Of a stretch of 64,000 nucleotides of DNA, positions 12,518 to 25,866 are shown piece after piece. The DNA lies in assembly GCA_000708835.1 (NCBI GenBank), contig DF237111.1, positions 1 through 64,000 of the forward strand, written 5' to 3'. A program made the position numbers and the translations under genes. Every line of letters starts with the position of its first letter. Position 1 is the first letter of the stretch. This DNA is from Klebsormidium nitens. Taxonomy: Eukaryota > Plantae > Klebsormidiophyceae. The notes under the pieces were generated by a model, which saw only the letters and a list, made by a program, of their open reading frames with translations, made no database searches and was not told the origin of the DNA.

Positions 12518-13438
12518 ATGGCGGGTGGCATCGAGAGCCTCGGGAACGACGTCCTTGTCCTGATTTTGAACAAGCTCTGTCAGCAGGACCCCCCTTCTTT
12601 GCTGCGCGCCACGTGTGCTAGCAAAGCCTTGCTCAGCGCCGCCGCAGAAGCCCCCCACTTCTGGAGAAGGGCCTTTTTAGACTTCGCAGAGAACCCACAA
12701 AACGTGCTTCATCTGTCTTCCGAGGAGGAGGAGTTGGACAGAGAAGTTGAAGCCTTTGGTGGGTACCGGCGCTTGCTAACTGCCCGCTGGAGGACCGATG
12801 CAGGATACCCTGAACAAAGCCGGGTTGAATCGGCGTTGGGCGATCATGAACGTCCCGCTTTTGGCTACCATTTACAGACCAAGTGCAGCTTTCTACTCCT
12901 GGTTAGGCTGCAAGAAAGGGCTCTCGCGTTCAGCTTTCGCCCTTTGCAACGTGCCGCAAGGAGCATTGAAGGGTTTGATGGCTGGAAACCGGGCGGCTGG
13001 GAGTCCCTCGCTCTTCAGCCTCTGATTCCGTTCCAAGAAGTAGAAAGTGCGATGGTGAAAGCTACGGAAGAGTGTCCGAGAGCATCGGGTGCAATAGATC
13101 CCGGCCTTCTGTACGAACCTGAGATGTTTGCACTTGAAATTCACGCGCAAAGCGAAGGTGACGGTCAACTTTGGCATGGCACTTTCGTCGTCGCAAGAGT
13201 GGAAGACAATCTCCTGTCCACCAAGAGGTCTGGTGATCCTCTGGAGTGGTTCCGGTTGTGCTTTGGCACAATCCAGCCCGGACTTCGCCACAGAGGAAAT
13301 GGAAGAACGAGAGGGGTATGGGCGTATCTTCATTTCAACACTTCTGAGTGTCCTGGCTGGGGTTTCGAGTGGGAGGTACGTTTAGGACGCTCACAATTAG
13401 CCCAGTCTTCCCATAAGGAGAGTATCTTTGTCTACTAG
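12518..13438 (+). CDS. Intronless F-box-like protein with an unrecognised C-terminal domain, 306 aa
   Basis: The N-terminal LGNDVLVLILNKL...LLRATCASKALLSAA...FWRRAF has the F-box pattern. The ORF is long and uninterrupted, and has a paralog at 14976. Confidence 0.8.
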   Translation: MAGGIESLGNDVLVLILNKLCQQDPPSLLRATCASKALLSAAAEAPHFWRRAFLDFAENPQNVLHLSSEEEELDREVEAFGGYRRLLTARWRTDAGYPEQSRVESALGDHERPAFGYHLQTKCSFLLLVRLQERALAFSFRPLQRAARSIEGFDGWKPGGWESLALQPLIPFQEVESAMVKATEECPRASGAIDPGLLYEPEMFALEIHAQSEGDGQLWHGTFVVARVEDNLLSTKRSGDPLEWFRLCFGTIQPGLRHRGNGRTRGVWAYLHFNTSECPGWGFEWEVRLGRSQLAQSSHKESIFVY

Positions 13439-14975
13439 CGAGATTTTACACAAAAAGGCGAAGGTTTCGTTGCAACGGCTAGCTCTGATTCCAGATATTC
13501 ATCTGCAACAGTGCTCGTTCGAAGGGTAAGCTTTGTTGCTCGGTCTAGCGTGTAGCCAACAAGATGCATAAACTGGATGCGGAAGCATATGGTGCATACG
13601 AAGTGTATATGGATAGACATTCCGAGCAACTTTCCAAGAGTGTTTCCAATTGCGTGTGTTGCTCACAAGGGAATTGATTTCTGGTGGAATCACAACAGAT
13701 CGTCAAGATGAACGAACGTTCCCCGCTCGTTCCTTCAGCCTGTCAAAGCTCTGATGCCTTCAAGTCACTCACTGCACGTGGCTTACGAAAAATGTTGAAA
13801 GGCGTTCGATAGGCCGGCCCCCCATCTCCCGAGGACCGTAGTACGCGCCCATAAAGGAAGCCGCTTATACTCTCTCCAGGCTGCTGCCTTGATTTAATGT
13901 ATAAGCTTTCGGCTCTTGTTGGGCCCGCATCTCACAAAGTCTGCGAAGCTAGCTGGACGGGTGAAAGTGTGTGGCTATGTTGCGGCCCAAACCGACCTGG
14001 ATTGCCCAAACCGTGACGTTACCCACAAGAACAATGGTCCCTATGCGTGTTGACAGTCCGCTCTACTTCGGACTTGTAACCCTCAGCGGGTTAGTATGAA
14101 AGAGAAGCGCTAGCGTGCGCAACGGTAAATGAAGTAGATTCGAGAATGACAATGACGAATGAAGGAAGAGATAACAAGCGAGCTTGAAGAAAAAGCTTTC
14201 CAAGTATTGCCCGGTGTTTTTTCCAACAATTTAGAGCATCGAAGTTGATGACGAATGCAATTAGGCGGAACACAATGAGCGGCAGGGATACTAAAGGGAT
14301 ACCCATGCGGAAAGGGTACTGGAATTGCTGCAGGAATAATGTCAGAAGCCTCATACCGTACTACGTCCGGTGCCATTTGTGCCTGTTTCTACACAGCGGG
14401 TGCGGCAATCTCCGCTTCGAGATCTGTTCCCAGGAGCGAATCTTTTGCTAAGGCGGTCCCTTGGAAAAGCCTGCATCCAAACAATCAGTTTGAAAAATAT
14501 TAGGCCGTAGCAAATGATTTTCTGGCCGCAAACCCGAAAACCCACCTCTTTAAAAATACGTCGGCTGCATGGATTTGTTCACTCTCGCCATCAGAATGAA
14601 AACGGCGACCCTGTACTGCTTTTCTCGGTGTTCAAAGGCCTGCGCTGCTAGTAGTGCTACGCTTGAGCTGTCTGGAATGGTTTGGCAGAAAATCGTTCCG
14701 TCGAGTCTGATTCCGCTCAACGTTCCGTCGCCGCTAGGACGCGCGGCTCCATGTCTCGCGCATGGGAACATTGTGGGCCGACGTAACGTGCGGAGGCGGG
14801 AACGTCGCGCGCGCTCACGACGAACACGCAAACCTTTCGCGTTTGGAAGGATTCGGGGACTGCTTTCAGGCTTACTTGAGCCCGTCGGGGAATCAGCCAA
14901 GGACTGTAGAATCGATGTTTTTTCCTCTAACAACCCGCTGCAATACAGAATCGCTGAAAGTTCGCATGCGAGGCG

Positions 14976-15846
14976 ATGGCGGCTGGCATTGAGATCCTCG
15001 GGAACGACGTCCTTCTCGTGATTTTGAACAAGCTCTATGAGCAGGACCTTTCTTCCTTGTTGCGCGCCACGTGTGCCAGTAAAGCCTTGCTCAGCGCCGC
15101 TGCAGAAGCCCCCAACTTCTGGAGAAGGGTCTTTTTGGCCGTCCCAGAGAACCCACAAAGCGGAACTCATCTGTCTCCTGAGGAGGAGGAGTTGGACAGA
15201 GCAGTCGAAGCCTTTGGTGGGTACCGGCGCTTGCTGACCGCCCGCTGGAGCACTGACGCAGTATCCCGTGAACAAAGCCAGGTTGAATCGACGTTGAACA
15301 ATCATAGGGAACCCCTGTTTGAGGTTCACCTAGCGGCAAAGTGCAGCATTCTGGTCCTGGTCAGGCTGGAAGAGACGGCTTTCGCCTTCGCCCTTCTCAG
15401 CGTGCGACAAGGAGGATAGAAGGGCTCGGTGGTTGGCATCCGGGCAAATGCTGGGAGTCCCTCACCCTTCAGCCACTACTTCCGGCCCACGAACTGAACA
15501 GTGCGTTAATGAAAGCTTTGCGGCCAGGAGCTTTGAGTGCAACATATCCGGCTTTCTGTTCGACCCTGAGACGTTTTCAGTTGAGATCCACACGCGAATG
15601 GATGGAGACGGTCAGCTTTGGCAAGGCACTTTTGACGGCTTAAGATGGGGAGACAATCTCCTGTCCACCAAGGGGTCTGGTGATCCGCTGGAGTGGTTTC
15701 GCTTGTACGCCTTTGGCGAGATCCAGCCCGGAATTTGCCACAGGGGAGATGTAGGAGTGAGAGGGGTATGGGGGTATCTTCGTTTCAATACTTACGGGTG
15801 TCCTGGCTGGAGTTTTGACTGGGAAATACAGGACGCTGACGATTAG
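14976..15846 (+). pseudogene. Tandem paralog of the 12518 F-box-like gene with two frameshifts
   Basis: Homology runs through three frames in turn: ORF 14976 to about 15385; ORF 15341 (RRIEGLGGWHPGKCWESLTLQPL) to about 15540; ORF 15433 (FLFDPETFSVEIH...DNLLSTKGSGDPLEWFRL...GVWGYLRFNTYGCPGWSFDW). Confidence 0.85.
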
Positions 15847-18456
15847 CCCAGGCTTCTTAGAGTACTAAAGGACTTCCTCGATGCCTCATAGCGAAATCTT
15901 TGCGCAAGAAACAAAGGCTTCGCTTTTCTGCTCAACGGTTGGATCTGATTGGCAACAATTTTATCTTCAGTTGCCCGTCCGAAGGTCAAGTTCGAGGATG
16001 AACTGCTCGGTCCAACATATAGTCAACAAGATGCATAAGCTGGCAATGCACCGGCAGCCTATGGGGCATACGCATACACTCTCCAAGCGAGCTGCGGCCG
16101 TCGACTTATAGGTATGTGATCCGCATGGCAGTCTCTGCCAGCAGTATCTTAGTACGCCGCAGGAGAAAGACTTGTAGTACCCGCCGTCAAATACGACATA
16201 CACGGGCTTTCTTATGGTCAAATAACGAGAGTGTGCAATTTTTGAAAATGGCCTCTTGCTTCTCCTTCTTTGCTCTCGAGAAAATGACGGATGGTCGCTC
16301 GAGCGATCTTCTTTCTCCTCATGTCATTGCGTATGTTGCTCATAAGGGGTTGGATTTTTGGTGGAATCATAACAGATTTGCAAAGATGAGCGTACGTTTC
16401 CCGCTCGTCTCTTCAGCCGGTAAAGCTGCAGATTAACGCTTTTCGATGCCGTCAAGTGTTTTCATGCTTCAAGTGCTCACGAACAACTTTCTGGGAAGCG
16501 CTCGATGGGCCGGCCCCGTTTTCTGAGCAGACCGTTTGACGCCCCCAGAAATAACTGTCGCTTTTGATAATCTACTTCTCAAGCTTCGCTACACGATTCT
16601 ACATACGTGCTGGGCGATGGCCATGGCACCGAGGGCTGCATGAGCTTTCGGGCAAGATATTGCGCAATCATTGAGATCATGTGGCATCGTACGTATATCA
16701 AGGCCGGGCCCTCCCCCTGCTGCCACGTCACTCCTGCGTGCCAAAATATATGTGCGCGGTTGCGGCCACTACTCCTGTCCTCAACTGATGGATAATCATC
16801 TTGATTCACCCCCTTGGAAAAGCTGCCTACACCCCTAAGGTCGCCCCTTAGTTGGGCATGTCGGAAAAGTCTGAGAAGTCAACTGAAGGGAGGAAAGTGG
16901 GCCGAGTGTGCCCAAACATTTTATGTCAGTTGCAAGTCGCAAGCTCTTCCTATACGAATGGCAGAGCCGGAAGCATTCTTATCAACAATCGAGTTACATA
17001 CACGGTTAAGGTTTGCGACGCACTAAGGCTAGCACGCCCGGACGTGAATTTGCCCCGATTGCCAGGTCTTGCAGATTTGCGATCGAGTGACTCCGTTGAT
17101 CGACGTACCGATTTTGTGAATATGCCGTAATGATTTGAAACCAGTGAAATGCGTAAGAGAATAAATATGTTATGTCCCTTGCATATATTAGCACATGCAA
17201 GCGGCCGTGCCAGCGCAATATTCAGTGTGCCACGTAAGGTGGTACATGACACTACTGATTTCTGTCACGCTAGCTGCACAATTGAACCCAGTCGATCTCT
17301 TATGTCTGAACACATACTGCATGAAATTATATATACCGTGCATAGCGCGTCGAATGGCATCGAACAATCACGCTGAAATGAACACGACTTCATCCGATAC
17401 TAATTCCATGATAACCTCTGCAACTTATTTAGTGCCGGTAACTCAAGGGATTAGATAGAGATCGGGGCATCTGGTTGCGGGGCAATGATCAGGTTTGCTT
17501 GGTTAATGATTGTCTCTATACTAATGATCCATGCACAAAGCTCAACTGAACTCGGGATGTCAGACTCGCGTTTAGTTGCAACATGTTCCTACGGAAAATC
17601 ATTGCGCATCTAGTTGGTCACCTCTGCAATGGTCCGAGCAGATGAGACCGTGGATCTTCCGACCGAGGATGCAAGTAATCCAAGGTCACGTTCACTCTTA
17701 ATCGTGACCTGAATGATACGCTTGAGGTCAACCAGAAAACTTTTATGGAGTTGTGCCAATGACAAATTTTGGATGCATTGGCCCTCGAGAAGCTAGATAC
17801 TACCGTCTCACCAGACAGTTGGCAGTCAAATTATGCTATCGAATGCTACGCTACCGCTCGCATACACTGTTTCCTATGCACTTGGCAGGGCCAGCAAGCA
17901 CTAACCAGCAACCGGACCGCTTGGCCAGCTGACAGTATACAAGCTCACAGCCTATATGCATGGCGCCAAAGCTTTGGCACACCAAACTTGTTCCACCAAG
18001 CTCTCCTTGTCATCCCCTGTCGTTTTTCTAAGCCGCAGTAACCGAGCTCAACCCCTGCGTCGCTGAGCAAGGGTCACAATCTACTCGCGCCCCTTCCAGG
18101 AATCCTCCCATCCCAACGCCGACATGTTCGCTCTCGGGCAATTGCGCGAATCATTGCACTCCTCAACCGTCTGTGTTACTATGATACAGGTCCTTCAAAG
18201 TCCTTACCTCAAGCCATTCACGTGCATGGATTAGCCGCAGCGATAAATCCACACTCGTAACCTGTCTATCTCTCCTTCCCCCGGGTTAGTTAGCTCCTGT
18301 CTATAGCAGGACTCCCCCACTTGTCCACGGCTTTGAAACCTCCGTATTCACACTCTCTTATATCGATCTTCCAGTTCCGCCGGGGCCTTTCCCTTCCGAT
18401 CGCCCCCCTTTCTCCAAGATCACCGCCACCCCCGTTCCAGCTGGCACCATCAGCTG

Positions 18457-21400
18457 CTATTGCATGTGCCCGTGACCATATTCCGTGGCGTTCTGGTGGA
18501 CTTTTTGGCTCAACAAATACTGGGCGATTTGCGTCCCCTCCAATGGACCCGTGATGGTGATTTTTCTGCACGACGACAAAGAACGACGGTTAGACAGGTA
18601 CGAACGATCCACATATCATTCCCCGATCGCAGAGCAGGTGGACGGGACTGTGATTTCTGAAAGGGATACTTCAACAATCATTACAAAAAGGGTCGTATCT
18701 CATCGGCATGGGAAGGTTTGTGTGGCATCAGCCTCCTGTCACGATAATGAAAACACTTAAAAGCTGAATTAGCTGCATCACACCTGACTGGGGCAGTTCC
18801 GTTTGGCTGACTTTCTATGCGGTTAGCCTGACCACCTTTCACGGGTTCGTTGAAACAAAAAGCAAAGAGAGAGCGCCACGCCCGGTTGATGCATGCGCTG
18901 TGACAGACTAGGCTCGTAATCTCTTTTGAACGTGACGGTTCCTGTCTAATGTGTTGGTCGCACCTGTTAGTGGTGCCCATAACGAAGTCGCCCCGGTCCG
19001 AAATTTTGATTCGGACGCCCGCCATCTGGAGACGAAAAATGGCGCGTTAAAAGATTGAGCAGCAAAGGATGTACAAGTCAGGAGAAGACCGCTGGAATGG
19101 AGGTGATCTATTGCAAAGTCTGGCAGGCTGACAACGTGAACAGAACTGCGGCGAAATTATGGTGGGCAGAAGGGAGGACAGAAGCGAGACGTCCTCTGCC
19201 TAAACGCTTGATCGGCAGGAGGGCTTCAAAGCTGAAAGAATGCACCCGGGGTTGCTTTGTAATCCTTTTGCATTCGAGAGACAACTGTTCCAAAGTTTCG
19301 CTTCGAAAGATGAAAGCAGGTCTCCTCCCCAGGGATCTGAAACAGGTCCAGAAAGTTGCTTCTACTAAAAGCCTGGAAAGTTCACGGGGCCGGTGAGGCG
19401 ATATGTTTAATAGGCAAGAATTCAATGCTCTGTAACAAACGTGAGTCGTTCTGGACAAGGTCCAGAAACTCAAGCGTCCGACTCCCCTCTCACTGAAATC
19501 CGGATCTCACGGAGCCTCCGCATGGTCTTTCAACGTACTATCTTCTGAAGAAGTGCCTCTACCTGGAAGGTCGTGTATCGCCGAAGCCTAACTTAAAGGA
19601 CTCTGCTGTGCTCGCCTGCTTGAAATGATCAGGGCTCCCCAAACAACTTGCTGACTCGGGGCGGACTTGTCCACCAAAGAGGACGCTCCTGCCGAAGTTC
19701 AGAACGCTCTGAGAACCACCATTTGAAAAGCTTTCTCGTCCTGATGTCCCTTATCAAGTATCGCTTCTCCTTACTCCCTTGGAAAACCGTCTACTCGATG
19801 CACCAAGATCCAACTCGCCCTACAAAGTCCGGTGGTGTACGGTCTTCCTCCAATTAGAAGACTTCCGGCAGAGAAAGCTGTGTCCTTAACCAGGTTCCCC
19901 AATTTGAATCGCGTGTTTGATCCTCCCCGTGACCCACAACGGCCCATATTTTCCTTCGTCCCCCAAAACGTTATTCACCAGTGGAAGGTTGAAAGTCGAA
20001 GCTCACCTGCTGAATCTCGGTGATCGTCCTTCCCCCCCGCCCAACAATGGCCCCGACGTGCTCGTCGGGCACGGCAACCGTGATTGCGTGCGTTGGAGGA
20101 CCCCCCGGTATCATTCCCGCCAGCTGGGCCATGTGTTGGGGGGGCAAAATGGGGTGCTGCGAGCAAGCCAAAGAGAGTTTTGAGCATAGCACGAGAGCTA
20201 CCCGTCAGAGGCGAGCTATCTCCCCACGTTTGGCGGACACCCGACATGGAGTGACCGGGAAGAAAGTTTCCAGGTCCGTGAAAATATGGACGTGCACTCT
20301 GCGATCAATCAAATGCAGATACGGATGAAAAAGCAAATGAAGTACGGCCACTATATGATATCATTTCATAGAAACCCTCGCTTATGTTGAAATTCGGGGC
20401 CAGAATGAGTTGCTGGACCATGGCCGAATCAGCACTGCGCCCCGAAAGGGCTCAGCGATACATCAAACGACAGAATGCGTCCCAGAACGGGCCGAGAGTC
20501 CCTATATATTATGCATGAGGCCTGCTGCTGCAAAAGGTCCCAAGAGAAACGTTCCGACAGCTCCAAAAAGGTCCGTCTGAAAAGTGAGGGTCCGATAGAG
20601 CGTTGAAATCTATTGCAAGAAAAGCCGCCAAGCACTTCGAACCGAAGTAGCGTCCAGAAGCCTACGCATGAAGAAATCCAAAGGGGACCATCTGGGTGAC
20701 CATCTTCAAAGCAGCGCTGCAAAAGCTTTGGTCCCTAACGTCATAGTTTCAATCCCCTTTCCGCATTTGAGGAAACGAATCGTCGAGAACAGCGCCCAAA
20801 GATGTTGAAAGCGAGCCGCGTGAGGCCCGAAGCGACGAGACGCGAATATGTTCAGCCAGACCGAAAGGGGTCTCAAAAGTGTTCGTAAGACGTCGACAAC
20901 ACGTCCTTAAAGTCGAAGCAGCCATCGAATGATGCTCAAGCGAAGCCAAGCGAAAAAGCTTGCATGTCCGAAGGAACGTAAGAAACAATTGCGGAGCAGT
21001 GCTGGCAAGTACGCCCCCAAGATGGATTGTGAAGCAGATAGAAACACCGTGAGGATAGAGTAGCTACCTGCTGGAATGGCATGCCCTGACCAGGGCCCAT
21101 GGGAAACCCGTGCAGGGGCATTGGGCCGTGGGGCATGCCTACGGGAGTGTAAACTGCAAGAAGCAAAAGCCGTACGTCGTATCTTTCATGCCACTTGAGC
21201 AGTATATCCAGGGGATAAATGTCGATGTTCGAAGAGCTCAGTCATTTTAAACAAGAAGCGAGCCAACGAACGACCAATGAAGAATCTGTGATCCCTCTCG
21301 TGTAAAGATACACGCAATCAACATAACCATCAAAGCATCCGATCACAGATAAAAATGCAACCTCCCTGCTGCTGCTACTCACAAAGCGTCAAGATTGAGA

Positions 21401-24400
21401 CAGCGTCGAATCCCCTCAAAGTGTCTTTTTGCCTTTAAAAGAACACCAGGTTCTTTTTCGCTTGAAAATCAATCTTCCTGTGAAAGCGACAACAAATCAG
21501 TGCAGAGATTCCCCCAGACAATGCACCTGAAGACCCTCTTTGTATTGCTTCACTGCATACACTTCAAACAATAAATGGCGCCCTCACTCCCCGCATACGC
21601 CCTATGAAACTAAAGCAGCAACAGAAACCAACTCACCGGAGTAGGAGAGCGGCATGTTGGAGTACAACATGTAGTTGGGATCCTCCGTCATTTTGGCCAG
21701 GATGAGCGCCACTGCGCGCATCTGCTGCTCCAGCTTCCCCGTGATTGTAACAATGCGGTCCGTTACCCCAGGGACCGCTTGGTCCTGCCCCGACAGCTTA
21801 ATGTTGGCCGCGCTGTCTTCTACGTACGCCCTGAGACGCCGAAAGAAGTTGAGTTAAGGTTACGACTTATGATTGAGGTTATATAAAGGAACAGCCTGCT
21901 TGCTCATAGCAGGCAGATCCGCCGCATGCCCTTTTCAATGATGGCCACGACTACCATGGGGCTGCATGTGGGAACAATCAGCGGCCTCGCAAGTAGTATC
22001 CTCCAAATAAACGGAACAGCTTGTATAAGATGCCCTGTGAACTACTCTCGAGCATGCTGGTGCTAGGTCACGAGGAGGTGCAATCATTGGGGAGAAGACA
22101 GTGCTGGTCGTTGTGTAGCTTCTGGAGGGGTCAGAAGGCAGCTTTGAGAGGACTTCGAAGCAATCCTCGTACTCTTCTGAATGATTCGACGTGCTACAAC
22201 TAAACACAGCTCGAAGCCATCGTTTGTTTTCTCCTGATCGATTCAACAGCCTGAAACTCACCAGAATTTTATCTCAAATGTTCATAAGTGATTCGAGGTT
22301 CATCCTCACGTATACAGTCATCGAATTCATGTGACTCCACATTCATAAAGCCTCACTCGATTCTGCCACAACGACGTCTGACACACCGCTAAGCCCTTGA
22401 CATAGGTTCAGCGCCAACGAACCAATCACGTCACTTGCTGACCTTATTGTCGCCCCTCCTTTGCCAATGATCCCCCCGCAGACAGCGTTGGGAACTATGA
22501 GCTTCACCTGGCTCGTTTTCTGAGAGATGTCTCCCCCCCCAGCCTCCTGCAGAGCAAAAGTTGGCAGTCAGAGCCAGGTCCACACGCCCTCTTTCAAGGA
22601 AAAAAACCCTGAATGATGTCCAATGGCATGGTGAATCTGACTGCCACAGTTGAAACCTTCTCAAACAAACCATCCATAATTGCCCTAACCCATGTTTATA
22701 CCCAACGCTGAACCATGATCCTCCAGACAATCGAACCCTTCACGCACATGGAGAGATGACAAGAGTACAGTCTCCAAAAGAGCCAAACCTTTACAGATCC
22801 TTGAACCCCAGTACAGAGACCTTTGTTGCAAATTCATGGCAAACACAAACTCTCCAAGCGCCAAAACCTTGTTTTAGACTGAGTCTCTGCGTTAACCCAC
22901 CTCGGTCATGATCTTGGAAAGGATTAAGTGCAGTGCGGTGAGAATGGCGTTGATAGTCCCGCTGAGCAGGATGATGCGGTCAGTGGTGCCCGGGAAAAAC
23001 TCGCGGTTGCGGGACAGCTGTATTCTGGCCCCCGACTGGAGCTGGAATTCGCTGATGGTGGACCCCCCCTTGCCAATGATGGACCCGGCGGAAGCGTTGG
23101 AGATGAGGAAACGGACGGAGGAGGGGGTGTCGCTGGCGTTGTCTGGAGGAAGCGCGATTAGAAGGCAGTTAGTGGCGTGGCTCAAACTTTAACAAGGTGT
23201 CTACAGAGAGCGCATCAGCAGGCTGGCGCTAGGTTGTACATGGTTGAGCAGTTTTTGAGACACGGTTGGAGGAAATGGCGGACGGTGACCTCCAACAGTG
23301 TAGAATTGTAATGGGAGGAGTTGCCTGCATACAGAACAATCAAGATCAAGGTCGGTGTGAATGGGTGACAAGATGGTATGAGAGCAGCATTCAGCATTCC
23401 AGCAACCCGGTTATCCTCAGCTGAACAAGGTCAATCAAAGAGATGACTGTCTTGTTGAAGTAGAAGTTTTCTCCATCAAAAGCATGCCACAAAGGGAGCC
23501 AGCCCCTACGAAAGGATGTGTGGGACTGGAATGCTTTGCTAAAAAGGGCATGCTCCTTTGATTGCCGACCACCTTGTCGCACCAGATCTAACTGACTGTT
23601 ACCATGACTTGCATGCAACATCCTGCAAAAGGACCAGATATTGGAATACTTTTCACAGCCTCACCATGCAGGAAGCAAAGAAACGTGAATGGAAAACTAT
23701 GAACCATTACTAGATACTTAGAAGTGCCAGAGTTGAGAAAAAAAAAAAAGCAAACCACTGTGCAGGAGAATGAATGCTGGCACCTGACAAATCAAATACT
23801 GGATAGCAACATGAAGGCACAGCACTGTTTGCTGTGCTGTGCCGCTGGATTCTGAGTTGCTGCAATGAGTATCGAAACTTTGACATGTCGTCAACAAAAA
23901 AAACAGTCTGCAATTGAAAACAGCGTTGCTATCGGACTATGACCTCCTGTCAGAGTAATGTAGCAAATCATGCAATCGGGACTTTTTTAGCTTGTGATGA
24001 TTTCTTCAGAAGCTCTGTCTGACAAACCTGCTAACAATCTCATGTCCTGGACACTGGGTCAGACAATCGCACCGCCCTCTACTTCAGCAAACCAGAAAAG
24101 GGCACAGGATCGCTTGCCACTAACGTCTCTGAACCTGATCGGTTTGTGACAGGTCCTCTTCCATGCACAAGCAATAAGATTAGGGGGGAGGGCACCTCAG
24201 TGAAAAACAGGAGCAGCCCTACTTGAACTGTTAAGTGACAGTCATTGACCAGCTGTTCAATGGATTCTCATATGATGCTCCTTGCAAAAATCCAACCAAG
24301 AATTTGACATCCCAGCGAAGGCCTACAATAGCGCACCAGTGGCTCTTCGTTGCCAGACGTGCTTACAGACTAACCTAGGTAGACACTCCCGAAAGAAGCA

Positions 24401-25866
24401 TACAGCTCCTGATTGAAGTGTTTGTGTTGATAGGTACATTGTTCAATTCTTTCTGAATGCAAACCCCATCAAATGCAAGCAAAATACAAGAAAAACTAGA
24501 AATCAGTTTAATGGAAACGTTGCATCACTTAGTAATATATGTGAGGCATTCGCTCTCCTCAAAGGGCTTTGCTGAGAGATCCAGGAAAGTCTTTACTGCT
24601 TGGGTGGTGCAACGGGCGTCCTTGCATATAGCGACCCCTGTGAAATACACAGGCTACAGAAAAACTGGAAATGAAGAAGGGAAGACAAACCTACAATGCT
24701 CCGTGCTACATCGCAGAAAGTCAAGCAGAGAAACTGTCTGCCTGTTTCAGGATGCTGCTCTGCAAACTGCATCTCTTTTCCCCCTTTCAGAACGAAATGC
24801 TGTCATGGTCTATTCTGTCAGATCTCAGAATACCAGGATTCAAGATCAAGGCATGAATGCATTGATCCACATGGTGGCACCGATCCCTACTCGGGCGTAT
24901 CAACAAGCAAAATATGCGGACCGTGCCCTGACCATCAAGTCAACTCCATCAAAATGCAACAATCAACGACCGAGCAACAATCAATTGAATCAAGCATAGA
25001 AGATTTTAAGCATGCAATCTGTGTGCATCATGCAAACGTGAAGTCTATCTTTCAACTCTCCACAAGAAGCTTCTACTCAACTCCAAACTTGCTCCCGACA
25101 GATCGACTGCTGTCAACTGAGTTGACACAAGTTCCGCTCGCTAGCAGGATGCTTGATGACATCATGCATGACCAGCAAGTTGCATTCAGATCTGTAACAT
25201 CACAGCTACAGAGAACAGACATTCGCAATTAATGCAACACCACCTTCTCAATGCCTACCTTGCAGACCAAAAGTGCCCCATCTCACAGCTTACTGCTTAT
25301 CACTGGTTTGCTCAGCAAACACTTTACAAACATCCACAACAAACAAAATCCAAGCATCTCAGGGGACACAAACGTAAGTGTTCTTTCAACAGGACGGATC
25401 TTAGCGAGCACCAACGACAGCATTGCATCTTGACTACCTAAAACCCTTGCTTAGAAGCACCGCCAAGGACACCAATGCATGCATTGTTCCCCTTGCATGC
25501 GCACTACACCAGAAACCCTTGCATGTATGCCGACAGAAGCACTTCTCAGACGGCAACCTCTAGATCAGGGGCTTGTTGGAGTGCATGATACTCACCGGTG
25601 TCAACCTGTAAGTTCCGCTTTTTTGTGGGGCTAGCATGCTCCTCCTCCCGCAACCCCTCCTCTTTCTCTGGAGATCTTTTCATCCTCTCAGAGCTGCCCG
25701 CTTGTTCCTTTTGCTCGTGCTCCTGGAGGAGGGCTGTCAAGTTAGGGGAGGAGTTGAGGGTGAGCCCCGCAACCCTGTTCAGAGGGCTGTCCAGCTGACC
25801 ATTCAGACTGCCTGCATCGCCCTCCTTTGGGGGTGGGGATGAATGCCCTGCGCCGGAATCGATCAT
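18457..25866 (-). CDS. BTR1: Three-KH-domain RNA-binding protein, BTR1/NOVA-like, about 405 aa
   Basis: KH1 [23 protein letters not shown]2 [23 protein letters not shown]3 [50 protein letters not shown]. Exons: 25866-25596, 23142-22901, 22546-22443, 21830-21637, 21153-21068, 20156-20007, 19025-18964, 18565-18457. Phases are consistent. The start codon could be a later Met (MKRSPEK). Confidence 0.92.

Larger units (their letters stand above)
12480..16560 (+). repeat. Tandem segmental duplication (about 12480-13860 vs 14940-16560) covering the F-box gene and its 3' flank
   Basis: Similarity extends into non-coding DNA, e.g. gatttctggtggaatcacaacagat (~13676) vs gatttttggtggaatcataacagat (~16353), and ggccggcccc at ~13812 and ~16509. 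Confidence 0.85.

Noticed and set aside
14550-15329. 259-aa minus-strand ORF
   Set aside because: It is an antisense shadow of the F-box pseudogene with no recognisable motifs.
24457-25232. Two ~180-aa plus-strand ORFs
   Set aside because: They lie antisense within BTR1 intron 1 and have no domain features or coding-like composition.
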